From an uncultured Holophagales bacterium (GTDB lineage: Bacteria > Acidobacteriota > Thermoanaerobaculia > Multivoradales > UBA5704), in the NCBI GenBank assembly GCA_963842525.1, contig CAWJGT010000009.1:64001-128000 (forward strand): 64,000 bases of DNA. The letters are read 5' to 3'. The notes beneath the pieces were generated by a model that was not told where the DNA came from, made no database searches, and was given only the letters and a program-made list of their open reading frames with translations. The translations under genes were made by a program, and so were the position numbers. This document shows, in pieces, positions 9,930-19,714 of the stretch. The stretch's first letter is position 1, and every line of letters begins with the position of its first letter.

Positions 9930-12900
9930 TCAGGGGCTTTCGTCGTGGCAGACGCCCGGAACGAGCACAGAGGCGCCTCCATCCACCATGAACACGGCGG
10001 ACACATTGCCGACCACGCCATCCCCAAGATCCCATTCAATGGAGCCGCTCTTGGCCTGTGCGGGCAGCCCAAGGCTCGAGGCCGGGAGTCGGAGGGAGCG
10101 CAAACTGATTGGGACGCTGATGTCGTCTTTTACGAGAGCACCGTCGGCCTCTCTGTATGCGCGGCCCGTGGCCGTAGTCCCAGTGTTGTTCTGTAGGTAA
10201 AAGACAAAGTCCGTCGTTGCATCCGAAGGCTCGCCCTCGAGAAAGCGGACATCCCAGAGCTGACAGAGCTGGGCCGGCGAGCGGCCGGGGCCGGCATCCA
10301 CCAGGGCACCGCCGGCTGCGTCGCCCTTGGAAGGGATGAGCACAAAGTCACCGCTGAGGGTCTGCCCTGTGCGCGTGACCTGTACGTATCCGGTTATCTT
10401 CCCTTGCCCCTGCTGGAAGACATCGCGCAGGTTGACCGTCCGCGTGGCGTGCCCGGCAAGAGCGAGGGTCTCAGGTGGCAAATTGCCTCCGTCTGAGAAG
10501 TACGTGTAAACGACGTCGATCTCGTCATCCGTCTCGTTGCGGACGGCAAAGAGAGTACTGACCCCGGACAGATTCTGTGGATCGACCTCGAAATACGGGA
10601 CGATCAGGGGCGAATCGGAGGATACCGGGATCTCCATCACGACAGAAACCAGGCACGGCCACTGCGTACCTGCCGGCCTTGTAGACGGCGGACACGTTGC
10701 CGACGATCCCTTCCGGGAATTCCCATTCAATGGAGCCGAAATTCGCCAGCAGCTCCACGTTATTGTCGAATTTCTCTTTAGTGGTCTTCCGGAAGGCTTC
10801 TGCGGAATTCTTTATCGAGATCGCCTGGACAAACTGGCCGGCCTCGTTGTACACCCTTCCCTCAACGAAGCTGTCTCCAAGGCTACCGGGCACGAAAAAG
10901 AGGAGCTCGGTGCTGCTGTCCAAAGCCGTGTCGTTCAGAAAACGGACGCTCCAACGCCGGCACAGCTCGGGAGGCAACCGCAAGGTATCAGTGGAGACGA
11001 GGGGCTCGCCGCTGGCAGGGCTATTTGCCGAATGGTATCGAAAGAAGTCGCCGCTCAGATCCGACGGCTCCGGCACAGCGCACCCTGTGCAATCGTCACA
11101 CTTCGTGCAATCGCTTATGGGGGTAATGCCTACGTGGCCACCCACACTGGTGGCAAGGAGCCTCGTGCCGATTGCCCTCGTCCCGATGCATGCGTGCTCT
11201 GAGGTCGATTGTCCCGGGAAATCATAGCGAACACAGACAGGATCTTCTGAGCGGTTCTTCACAGCGAAGAGAGCTTTATCGTCCTCCATCGAGAAGAAAG
11301 GCAAGACGAGCGGGGGAGCCTTGAGGACGCGAGTCTCGATGGTTGCGCTCGTGTTGTTCTCCGTGTAGGGATCGGGGGAACTAGCGGAAACGCTCGCGCT
11401 GTTTTCGAGCGGGGATCCAGCCTCAGGCAAAACCTCAACGGTGAGGGACAGGGTTTTTGGCAGAGTGTCAAGGTCGCAGGTGATGTCTGTGGTTCCGCTG
11501 CATTCATCTGCAGAAAGCTCGCTGACAAAAGTCACCCCTTGAGGCAGAGTATCCTTGACGCTCACTCCTGTAGCAGCCGTGCTCGGCCCGTGGTTGGCCA
11601 CCTCGATGGTGTAGCGGAGAAGGTCGCCTGCCACCACTGCCTCCACCTCGGCTTTCTTGGTCACGGCAAGGTCCGAATCGTTGGCCGTCGCCAGCGTGGT
11701 CGTCGCGTTGTCTTTGTTGTTGTCCGGGTTCGGATCCGTTGTCGTGGCGTTCACAGACGCCTCCGCAGTGGCGCTTCCGCGGCCGCTAGGTGTGCAGATC
11801 TGGACTTCGAAAGTCTTGGCCTTTTCAGCCTCCAGAGGGCCGATTGTGTACTGCACTATATTTACTAGTTCGCCGCTGCAAGCAAGAGAGGGCGTAACGG
11901 ACTAAGCTCCCTTCGGCAACATCAAGCTCGCCGTGACACCTGTGGCATCCGATGGACCCTTATTGGTCACGGTGAGGGTATACGCAACAAGATTGGGGCT
12001 GACCACCGCGTCCGGGGAATCGCTCAGGGTCACCGCGAGGTCCGCTTTTTGCGTCACCATCGTGGAAGCAATGAAGGTCGAGCTGTCGGGATCGTCCCTG
12101 CCTTTTACAGACGCAGTATTCTCGATGGTGCCCATGGCTCCTGCCGCCACCTTTGCGACGAAACTTGCGGTGAAGGTGTGGCGGGTCTCCAAAGGTCGAA
12201 CCGGGCAGCTCACCTTGCTCGGGTCACCGTCGTGTTTCGTACACCCATCTGGTGATGCCACGAACGTGAGTTCGTTGGGCAGCGCGTCGCGGATTGCGCC
12301 GCCCTGGGAGTCGGAGGGGCCGTTGTTCCTGACCTCCAGCTCGTAAAGCAGGTTCTCGCCGGCGTCCACGGAATCGGTGTTGGTTAATCCGAGCTTCGAT
12401 ACCGCCTTGGGGGTTTTCCCAACTAGTTCGAGGTCGGCAACAACCTTCACGCGGGTTTCCACAGGGCCGCTCGTGTTGTTGTCTTGCACGAAATCCGGCG
12501 CTTTACCAGCAACACTCGCTGTGTTAAAGATGATGGTTCCCGACGCCTCTGATGGCTTGACGGGAACCGTACAGGTCACAGTCTCAGATCTTCCCGGAGA
12601 GATAAGACCAAAGCTGCATGTCACAATAGTGGCAGCCCGTGGCTCGGTAGCAGTATTGTGAAGTTTCATTGGATCGAAGGTCAGCGTGCTCGTTACGGTT
12701 CCTTTTGACGATTCAGAAGGACCGTGATTGAAGACGGTGATCTGATACTTAAGATCCGTTCCCGCAACAACGGTTGTTGGATAGAAGTCTATGTTGACGG
12801 AGAGGTTCGCCCTGCGGAGAACACTGGTCTCGAAGGAAACCGAGTTGGCGCCGAGATCAGGATCGGGTTCAGGTTCGACAGCGGCCACCAGGATGGTGCT

Positions 12901-14108
12901 TTTTACAACGCTGTCGTCCTTCGCCGACGGCTCCACTCTCACGGTAAATGAGACCTCGGCGCTTTCATGGGCAGCAATCGTGGCGATTGTGGGGTTTGTG
13001 CAGAGAACTACTCCAACTTGTTGAGACTCGCATCGCGAGTTCGGTTTCACATCGCCCTGCAGTGCGTCGGTCATCACAACCCGCGTGGCGTCGGAGGGGC
13101 CGGCGTTGTGCACTCGGAATTTGTAGGTGAGGACCCTGCCAGCGACGACTGCTTCGGGCAGAGCAAGCGTCTCGATCGACAGATCGCTTATGGCGATGAC
13201 CTCTGTGGTCACTGTGTTGCTATTGTCGTCGGGAATGGGGTCACCCTCGTTGGCTTTCACACTTGCGGTGCTGGGCAGCACGTGTTGCCCTGCTTGGTTC
13301 AACTCGCCGCGGGTTGCCGGGTGCACCTTAACAGTGATCTCTATCGTTTGCGCCGAGGTATCGACCGCCAGGTTGCCGATGCTACACAAGACGGTCCGTC
13401 CACTCCCGGTGCAGTTGGGGCTTGCCGACACAAACTGGACCCCCTCGGGGAGGGTTTGCGTAATCTCCACTCCGGTAGCGTCCAGGGCTCCTCGATTGGT
13501 TACGGTCAGCCTGTACTTCAGGTCCTTGCCTGCCACGACGGTATCCGGAGAGGCGATGTCCAGCATCAGGTCGGGCGTCGGATTGTCGCCGGTGACCGTG
13601 AGCGTGTAAGCGCCACAGTGCTCGTCGCTCGTCGAGTCGACGACGAGGTAATAGATACCGGGATCGGGATCGTAGTGTGCCGCAGGGATCTCCTCGACTT
13701 GCGAGCCGATGAAGTCGGTCGAGTTACTGACGCAATTGCCATTCTCATCACTACATGACTTGATCAAGGCGAGCACGAGGTCGGCTGGTTTCTGAACGTC
13801 CAGGCGGAAGGCGACCCTATTCCCCTCATGCAGCCATACCTTGTAGATGGCGTCTTCGCCTGAGTACGTGACGTTCGGGATGGTGCAGGTCCCTGAGTTG
13901 TAGGAGGTCAAATTGGGCATCAAGCTGCAGGTGTCACTTTCGTGTTTGAAGTCAGGAGCAAGAACTTCGATCTGAGCGGGCGCATTGGGGGCAGGACACT
14001 CGTTCGAACGGTGCCTGGCTCCATGCTGGCGCGGCAAGGGCCGCATTGATCGCGAGTACCGCAAGGCCGAAAGTCCGAGGATTTCTGTGTGTTTCCATCG
14101 TTCGCCAT
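9930..14108 (-). CDS. Large DUF11/Ig-like repeat surface protein with a duplicated C-terminal domain; interrupted by an in-frame TAG (11902-11904) and frameshifts (about 10630 and 14005)
   Basis: Repeated DL.....VVAG..L.Y...V.N.GPSDA motifs across ORFs 11902..14064, 10525..11856 and 9930..10730; two copies of LFAV.N / LSGDF / LC..W.VRFL / GSIEW / GNVSAV. Confidence 0.75.
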
Positions 14109-14109
14109 C

Positions 14110-15495
14110 CTAGAACCGGAAGCCCGAAGAAAGCGCGATCACGCTGACCCGCTCCGAATGATCGATGGCGGCGTCGATCTGGAGGCGTCGCAGCGCCATG
14201 CCAATGCCGGCCGTGTAGTGCATCTGATCGCCTTGGCGCCGAAACACCGCGCGAAAACCCACGTTGTCACCTTCGAACCGCAGGCTGTGATCCGGTTCGT
14301 ACCAGGCTCCTGCTCGTAACGTGAGGACCGGCCAGTGCCGGAGGAACGCGTATTCCATGCCGAGATGGAGCTCGTCGGCGTCATCGATCTCGAAGCGCTT
14401 CAGGTCCTGCACGAAGCGGTCCAACTCCTGCGGCGGCCCCGAAAAGAAAGTTTCCAGACCGAAGATATCGACGAAACCGTCCGTGAGCTCGGAATAGCGA
14501 ACGCGATCGTAATCGAAGGCCAGGCGGAAGGCGTCGCTGGGCCGGAACGCGAAGCCCACACCATAGACGTCCGGCACGTGGAAAACTGCTTGCTGAGCAC
14601 GTGGCGTAAACGGCAGCAACGCGCCAGGCTCGGATTGGCTGCGCGCCTGGAAGCTGAAGTCCGGCCCCTGCCGGTAGACGCCCCCGGCGCTCCACCTTTT
14701 CTGTGGGCTCTCCCAGAGAACGCCGGCGTTTACTCCCAAATCGTTGTCATCACCTTGTTGTGTCTGGGAGTTCACCAGCGGGTCGGAGGCGAAGTCGGGT
14801 GAGGCGGTCAGGTTTGGTAGATAGCGCAGGGCCGTGGAGTCGATGGCGAAATCGTAATAGGACACCGCCACGCCCAGCGAGAACCCGCCTCCCAGGCGGC
14901 AGGCAGCGGCGCCGCCATAGGCGGCCACCTCGACGTCCATGCGGTTGCGCAAGGCTGCGAGGCGGCCGTCGAGCGTTCCGGGGATGCCCAGCGGGTTGCG
15001 GCCACGGGTCAGGACCAGGTAGGCCCCAAAGGTGGAGAAATTCGCTTCAAAGTTCACCACCTCGTGGCGATACAGGGCGAAGGACCAGTTGCGGTAGGGA
15101 TGGACATACGAGAGGAAGGAAAGGCCCGTCACCTGATCCTCGGCCTGGCCATCGCGCAGGCCGGGGAGGGTGTCCTCACCGATCATTGTGATTGCCTGGC
15201 CCTCGATTCTGCCACGGTCGGTGAATTCATGGGTGAAGGTCCAATGCCGCGTTTCGATCAGGGCCTCGGGCGCGGTGATGGTGGTGAGCCCGGCCGGGTT
15301 GGTATAGGCGGCGCTGGCATCGAAGGCGAGGGCCAGGAAGGCGCCGCCGAGCGCCAGATTGCCGGCACCCGGTGTGGAAAAGTTGAAATAGACCCCGGCG
15401 TTGGTCTCGAGATTCGTCTGCGCTGCGAGCGGATGCTGCCAGAGAATGCAGAGCAGGACCGGCGCCAGGCGGAAGCGCATGCGGCCCGGGCTCAT
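14110..15495 (-). CDS. FadL/OmpP1-like outer membrane beta-barrel protein
   Basis: Signal peptide; PGAGNLALGGAF...DASAAYTNPAGL motif; LRAG motif; C-terminal Phe. Confidence 0.8.
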   Translation of the reverse strand: MSPGRMRFRLAPVLLCILWQHPLAAQTNLETNAGVYFNFSTPGAGNLALGGAFLALAFDASAAYTNPAGLTTITAPEALIETRHWTFTHEFTDRGRIEGQAITMIGEDTLPGLRDGQAEDQVTGLSFLSYVHPYRNWSFALYRHEVVNFEANFSTFGAYLVLTRGRNPLGIPGTLDGRLAALRNRMDVEVAAYGGAAACRLGGGFSLGVAVSYYDFAIDSTALRYLPNLTASPDFASDPLVNSQTQQGDDNDLGVNAGVLWESPQKRWSAGGVYRQGPDFSFQARSQSEPGALLPFTPRAQQAVFHVPDVYGVGFAFRPSDAFRLAFDYDRVRYSELTDGFVDIFGLETFFSGPPQELDRFVQDLKRFEIDDADELHLGMEYAFLRHWPVLTLRAGAWYEPDHSLRFEGDNVGFRAVFRRQGDQMHYTAGIGMALRRLQIDAAIDHSERVSVIALSSGFRF

Positions 15496-16356
15496 CTAAG
15501 GTCCTTCCTGCTGGAGCCAGCATCGCCACCGCTGGCAGATTTCCTGGTCGGGATAGGGCTGGCGCCGTTTGGCCTCGCAGGCAGGTTTGAGCTTCTCCAT
15601 CCGCTGCCGCTCGGCCTGGACCTCCGGGCCTTGAAGCTGCTTCAACAGCGACTGATCGAGCTGATCACAAGCTTCTTGATAGCAGCCGAGATTGAAGAGG
15701 GCCTCGGCGAGGCGAAAGCGGGGGAGGTAGGGAGCGGGCCATCGGCCGGAGGTAAGGGTCGTCCGGCCGTCTTCTTTCCAGACCTGCAAAGCATCCCACA
15801 TCTTTTCCGCCGCCTTGTCCCACTCCTTCTTTTGAGAGGCCGCGAATCCTGCGCTGAAATAGGGATGCTGCTGTGGCCGCTGCTTGCTCTCGAGCTGCCG
15901 CCGGCACTCGCTGGTCAGCGAGCTGAGCTCCTGCGCCTTCGCCTTGTTTCTGACAGGCTCGTCGGAGCAGCTCGAAAGATAAAAATGCCGCAGCGCCTCC
16001 GGTACATCCTTGAGGTTGAGGTGGCATTTGCCGAGAAAATAGAAGGGCAGGAATGGATACTCGCCGAGGAATTGAACTGTAACGCTCCATGGACCCTTCG
16101 GGGCGGGGCACAGGGCCGCCGCTTCCTCGATCTCGGGAATTGCTTCGCGCCAATGCCTGCGGCCATACTGCTCCATGCCGGATGAATAGACCGTCTCGGC
16201 ACTCTCTTTGTCGCAACGTTCGCCTGGCGGGGCGGCATGGGCATTGCCAGGGAGGACGACCGATGAGAAAGCGAGGAGACACATCGCGAGGAGGATAGGT
16301 GCTACACGATCCTGGTCCGCGGATGTCGTACGTTCCAAGCACCGCATGGGCATCAC
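15496..16356 (-). CDS. Exported TPR-like hypothetical protein
   Basis: Signal-like segment and two helical repeats (YPFLPFYFLGKC, PYLPRFRLAEA). Confidence 0.6.
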   Translation of the reverse strand: MMPMRCLERTTSADQDRVAPILLAMCLLAFSSVVLPGNAHAAPPGERCDKESAETVYSSGMEQYGRRHWREAIPEIEEAAALCPAPKGPWSVTVQFLGEYPFLPFYFLGKCHLNLKDVPEALRHFYLSSCSDEPVRNKAKAQELSSLTSECRRQLESKQRPQQHPYFSAGFAASQKKEWDKAAEKMWDALQVWKEDGRTTLTSGRWPAPYLPRFRLAEALFNLGCYQEACDQLDQSLLKQLQGPEVQAERQRMEKLKPACEAKRRQPYPDQEICQRWRCWLQQEGP

Positions 16357-17063
16357 GGCTGAGACCCTCCGAAGAACTTGATGACCGCGGAGGTCGTGGC
16401 CAGGATGATCGCCACGAGGCCGACGGTTTTCGTCAACAACTCAAGGATTGTGGAATACTTCTTCGTGATCTTCTCAAAGATATCTGTTTCCCCGTCTTTC
16501 CGCGGTTTTTTCCCGGAAGGGGAAGACCATCGTTCACGCAAGGAGCCGCCAAGAAGGGCCGCGGTTACAAAGATGAGGGGTTGGCCGAACGCAAAGATCA
16601 AGAGGGCCAGGCCCCATTTGAACGTTGAATCCTCGAAGCTGGTGATCATGAGCCATATCGCAATAAGGTTGAGAAGGCCGAGGGTGACTCCGGAGAGCAG
16701 GTCGGACCGCGGGCTGCGGCGGCTCCAGACCAGGCCGACCAGGAGGCCCAACACGGCGGGAGGGAAGACGATGGCGAGAACCTTCGGCAAGTTGGGGTTG
16801 TCGACCGGCGGAGGCGGGGCGATGGTGATCAACAGATAGCCAGAGGTAAGAATGACGCCGAAGGCAACGGCGACGAACGCGACGAAGGAATAGGAAGGAG
16901 CCTCGGCCAATTTGGGGGCGGGTGCGGCGCTGAACGCCGCGACCTCCTTCTCTAAGGAGATCAGCCGCACCAACAGGGGCTTGACGAGGCTGAAGTCATG
17001 GCCGCAGTGGCGGCAGACGATTGCCTCATCCTTGATCTCTTCGGCGCAATAGGGGCATTTCAT
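16353..17063 (-). CDS. Zinc-ribbon membrane protein
   Basis: MKCPYCAEEIKDEAIVCRHCG followed by several transmembrane segments. Confidence 0.75.
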   Translation of the reverse strand: MKCPYCAEEIKDEAIVCRHCGHDFSLVKPLLVRLISLEKEVAAFSAAPAPKLAEAPSYSFVAFVAVAFGVILTSGYLLITIAPPPPVDNPNLPKVLAIVFPPAVLGLLVGLVWSRRSPRSDLLSGVTLGLLNLIAIWLMITSFEDSTFKWGLALLIFAFGQPLIFVTAALLGGSLRERWSSPSGKKPRKDGETDIFEKITKKYSTILELLTKTVGLVAIILATTSAVIKFFGGSQP

Positions 17064-17176
17064 GGAAACGCCAGGTCCCGCTCACAAGCTTTCGTAATGA
17101 TTCAGTATAGCACGCGAAACGCGTCTCTCGGCCCGGTGCCGAGGAACGCAGGCCGCGAGAGGGGGAAAGGCCGATC

Positions 17177-17980
17177 CTACGCCGGTGGACGTGGCGCGAA
17201 GAGGTCGATCGGCACGCCGGTGCCGGAGCCGAAGTAGGAACGGGAGTTGGCCCTGGGGAGCGCGAAGCCGTTGATCGCGATGCGCCGTGGGGCGCCGCCG
17301 CGGTTTTCGGCGCTTCGGTGGACCACATAGGGGCCGAAGAAGGCGGCGCTTCCCGCTTTCAGCAGCGCAGGGACGCCGGGACGGTCGCAATAGCTGCGCC
17401 GCACCGCGGCGGGATCGAGGTGCCCCTGCTGGCCACTGCGCGGATAGAAGATCAGCGGACCGTTGTCGAGCGTCGAGTCGTCGATCGCGACGACGCTCTG
17501 GATGTAGCTCCCGCGCCCGTCGACATCGTGCCACTCGGGGGTGCCGTAGCGGCGGTGCTCGCTATCCTGATGGGGCTCGAACTCCAGCCCGTCGTTGGGG
17601 TACTTGGCATGGAGCTGGTTGAGCAGGTGGACCGCGCTCTCGGAGCCGAAAAGCTGGCCGACGATCGAGGTGAGCCGCACGTCCCGCCCGCAGTCGAGGA
17701 AGGCCGGCTCGCAACCGCCCGCCCAGACGACCCGTTGCAGCCGGGTCGACCCGTTCGAGCCGCCGAAGACGAACTGGCTCCCCTCGTGCTCGACCTTGCG
17801 CTCGCCCGCCCCGTCGCCGTTCGCGGGGAGCGCCGCAGCCAGCTCTTGCCCGACCGCCCGGAGCCGCTCGGCGGCCGCGGCCATGTCCGCCACCTCCTCG
17901 CGCGAGAAGAGGCCCTCGAGGATGAGGAAACCGTCGTCGTAGAAACGCCGGATGGCGACTGGCGAAATCTGTTGAATCAT
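17177..17980 (-). CDS. Phytanoyl-CoA dioxygenase (PhyH) family 2OG-Fe(II) oxygenase
   Basis: FYDDGFLILEGLFS, PHQD, DDSTLDNGPL, VVHRSAENR; start MIQQIS chosen. Confidence 0.85.
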   Translation of the reverse strand: MIQQISPVAIRRFYDDGFLILEGLFSREEVADMAAAAERLRAVGQELAAALPANGDGAGERKVEHEGSQFVFGGSNGSTRLQRVVWAGGCEPAFLDCGRDVRLTSIVGQLFGSESAVHLLNQLHAKYPNDGLEFEPHQDSEHRRYGTPEWHDVDGRGSYIQSVVAIDDSTLDNGPLIFYPRSGQQGHLDPAAVRRSYCDRPGVPALLKAGSAAFFGPYVVHRSAENRGGAPRRIAINGFALPRANSRSYFGSGTGVPIDLFAPRPPA

Positions 17981-18018
17981 AGAATGGCTATATGGTAACA
18001 CAAGCCGCGCGGGCGTGT

Positions 18019-18540
18019 CTACCGCCGGCGGTAGCGGAACTCGAGGGTGCTCGGCTTGCCGTTCTCCACGCGCTCCAGGAGGGCGATCAAATCCTCGCCC
18101 TGCTTGCGGTAGACGATCCGGATCGGGTTGGCCGGATCGCGGTTGTCGAAGACCGCCTCGCCGGGCCGGGAGGAGACGAGATGGAAGAGGATCGCGCCCT
18201 CCTTGTCCTCCCAGGCGACCAGGCCGGGCTTGAAGTGCCGGAGCTGCAGGACGACGCTCTCTCCGGCCGGCTCCAGGGCGAGGAGCTCGTAGACCACGAC
18301 CTTGCCGTCCTTCTTGATCCAGCGGAACGTGCCGAGCATGGCGCCGCCGGCGGGCGGGCTCCACTGCTCGTCGATGAAGTCTCCTCCGATCTCCCCCTGC
18401 CACGCGCCGGCGATCCAGGAGAAATCGGCCACCTTTGCCGCCGGGGGCCCGGCAGGGGGCGGAGTCTGGGGCTCGGCTGCCAGGACCGGGACAGCGGCGA
18501 ACAGGATCAGGGCGAGCAACGGGATGCAGCGGATCTTCAT
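18019..18540 (-). CDS. Exported protein, DUF6265-like
   Basis: Signal peptide; SWIAGAWQG, EQWSPPAGGAMLG, AVFDN motifs. Confidence 0.7.
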   Translation of the reverse strand: MKIRCIPLLALILFAAVPVLAAEPQTPPPAGPPAAKVADFSWIAGAWQGEIGGDFIDEQWSPPAGGAMLGTFRWIKKDGKVVVYELLALEPAGESVVLQLRHFKPGLVAWEDKEGAILFHLVSSRPGEAVFDNRDPANPIRIVYRKQGEDLIALLERVENGKPSTLEFRYRRR

Positions 18541-18682
18541 GGGCTCCTCTCCTCCTCGCTCCGTAGACGAACGAGCCGGCCGGAAATCGACCGAGGCGAT
18601 CTACTTCGCAGCCGGCTTCACCAGCTCTTCGAGCAGGTCGTTCGAAGGCGGGATTCTAGCCGAACACTGGGCGGAAGACGGC

Positions 18683-19282
18683 TCAAGGCCGTGCTGACCA
18701 GGGCGTCACCGTGCCGATGATGAAGCGAGGAACCCTCATCTCTATCGCCGTCATCACGCCTTCGCAGACCTCTCGGTGAGTCAGCCACCGGGAGCCCTCA
18801 GGGCCCTGGACGAATCCGAGGATGACCTCGTGGTACTCGATACGGGGGAACTGTTCGAAGCTCGTGCGCCACCCCCGTTCAGGGCTCGCGGGATCGACGG
18901 CCTGGCTGCTCAGCAGGTGGAAGTACGGGCAGGCTTGGACCGGGGTTGCCACTGCCCCGGCGATGGCGAGAGGTGCCTCCGGGGCGGTGCTGTGGATCCA
19001 GACTACGCATGGCCCGATCGGCCCGAAGCGCTGCCGCGCCTGCAGCAGCGCCTGGAGCAGCCCTCTGGTGTCGCGATAGTCGACCGAGATCGGGTGGATC
19101 CGACAACCCCCACCCGCCCTTGCCTCCTCCTGCAGCGACGAGAGCCTCTCCCGCTTACGCCCCACGACGGAGACCACGTCCGCCCGTAGCGCCAGGGCGA
19201 GAGACACTCCCTTCAACATGCCTGTCCCCCCCACGACCAGAGCATGACTCCCAAGCCGCGGATTTGACTTCATTTCTGCCAT
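18683..19282 (-). CDS. Short Rossmann-fold (SDR-like) protein, divergent from the peptide cluster
   Basis: HALVVGGTGML, VDYRD, VILGFV...SRWLTHREV. Confidence 0.75.
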   Translation of the reverse strand: MAEMKSNPRLGSHALVVGGTGMLKGVSLALALRADVVSVVGRKRERLSSLQEEARAGGGCRIHPISVDYRDTRGLLQALLQARQRFGPIGPCVVWIHSTAPEAPLAIAGAVATPVQACPYFHLLSSQAVDPASPERGWRTSFEQFPRIEYHEVILGFVQGPEGSRWLTHREVCEGVMTAIEMRVPRFIIGTVTPWSARP

Positions 19283-19299
19283 AGCCGACAGGGCTCTCC

Positions 19300-19328
19300 T
19301 TGACGAGCTCCAAAGTTTATTATAGAAT
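19300..19328 (+). promoter_or_regulatory. Near-consensus sigma70 promoter TTGACG-17-TAGAAT
   Basis: Hexamers with exact 17-bp spacer in an AT-rich intergenic stretch upstream of the 77-aa peptide. Confidence 0.7.
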
Positions 19329-19416
19329 ACTCTTGCAGCCTGTTGAGTATAGCCAATTGGGGAAATCTTTATCTCCGGGCATGGTGCCCGGATGACGCGC
19401 TCGGAAAGGAGCCCAT

Positions 19417-19650
19417 ATGGCTGCCCAAAAGAACCAGTACCAGACCGGGACGGCTCGGCGCCCTCGCTTCTGCGTTGTGGCCGAGAGGTCGCTTGCCGTC
19501 TTCAACGAACGTTCGGAGGATGAGATCGTGCGAGCCCAGGCGCAGTTCAGCGACGACATGGTCAGCGCGCTGGAGTCGATGGTCAAGGCGGCTCGGGCCG
19601 GCCAGCTCGAGGGCCGGGCGGCGCTCGCGCTGGAGGCCGTTGCCTGGTAA
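19417..19650 (+). CDS. 77-aa candidate precursor/scaffold peptide ending ...AALALEAVAW
   Basis: GAAAGGAG RBS; first gene of a co-directional enzyme cluster; only Trp is the C-terminal residue. Confidence 0.7.
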   Translation: MAAQKNQYQTGTARRPRFCVVAERSLAVFNERSEDEIVRAQAQFSDDMVSALESMVKAARAGQLEGRAALALEAVAW

Positions 19651-19672
19651 GTGGACGTCCTGAGCTCTGAAA

Positions 19673-19705
19673 CCGGCCTGCCAGGCGGGCCCTGGCGGGC
19701 CGGCT
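19673..19705 (+). other. GC-rich stem-loop after the peptide gene (possible transcript stabiliser/attenuator)
   Basis: ccggcctgccagg...ctggcgggccgg inverted repeat, no U-tract. Confidence 0.5.
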
Positions 19706-19714
19706 TGCACGAAA

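Noticed and set aside
11902-11904. Amber readthrough (pyrrolysine) in the DUF11 gene
   Set aside because: No pyl genes seen; the stop lies in the same GAGCTC-like context as other apparent sequencing errors
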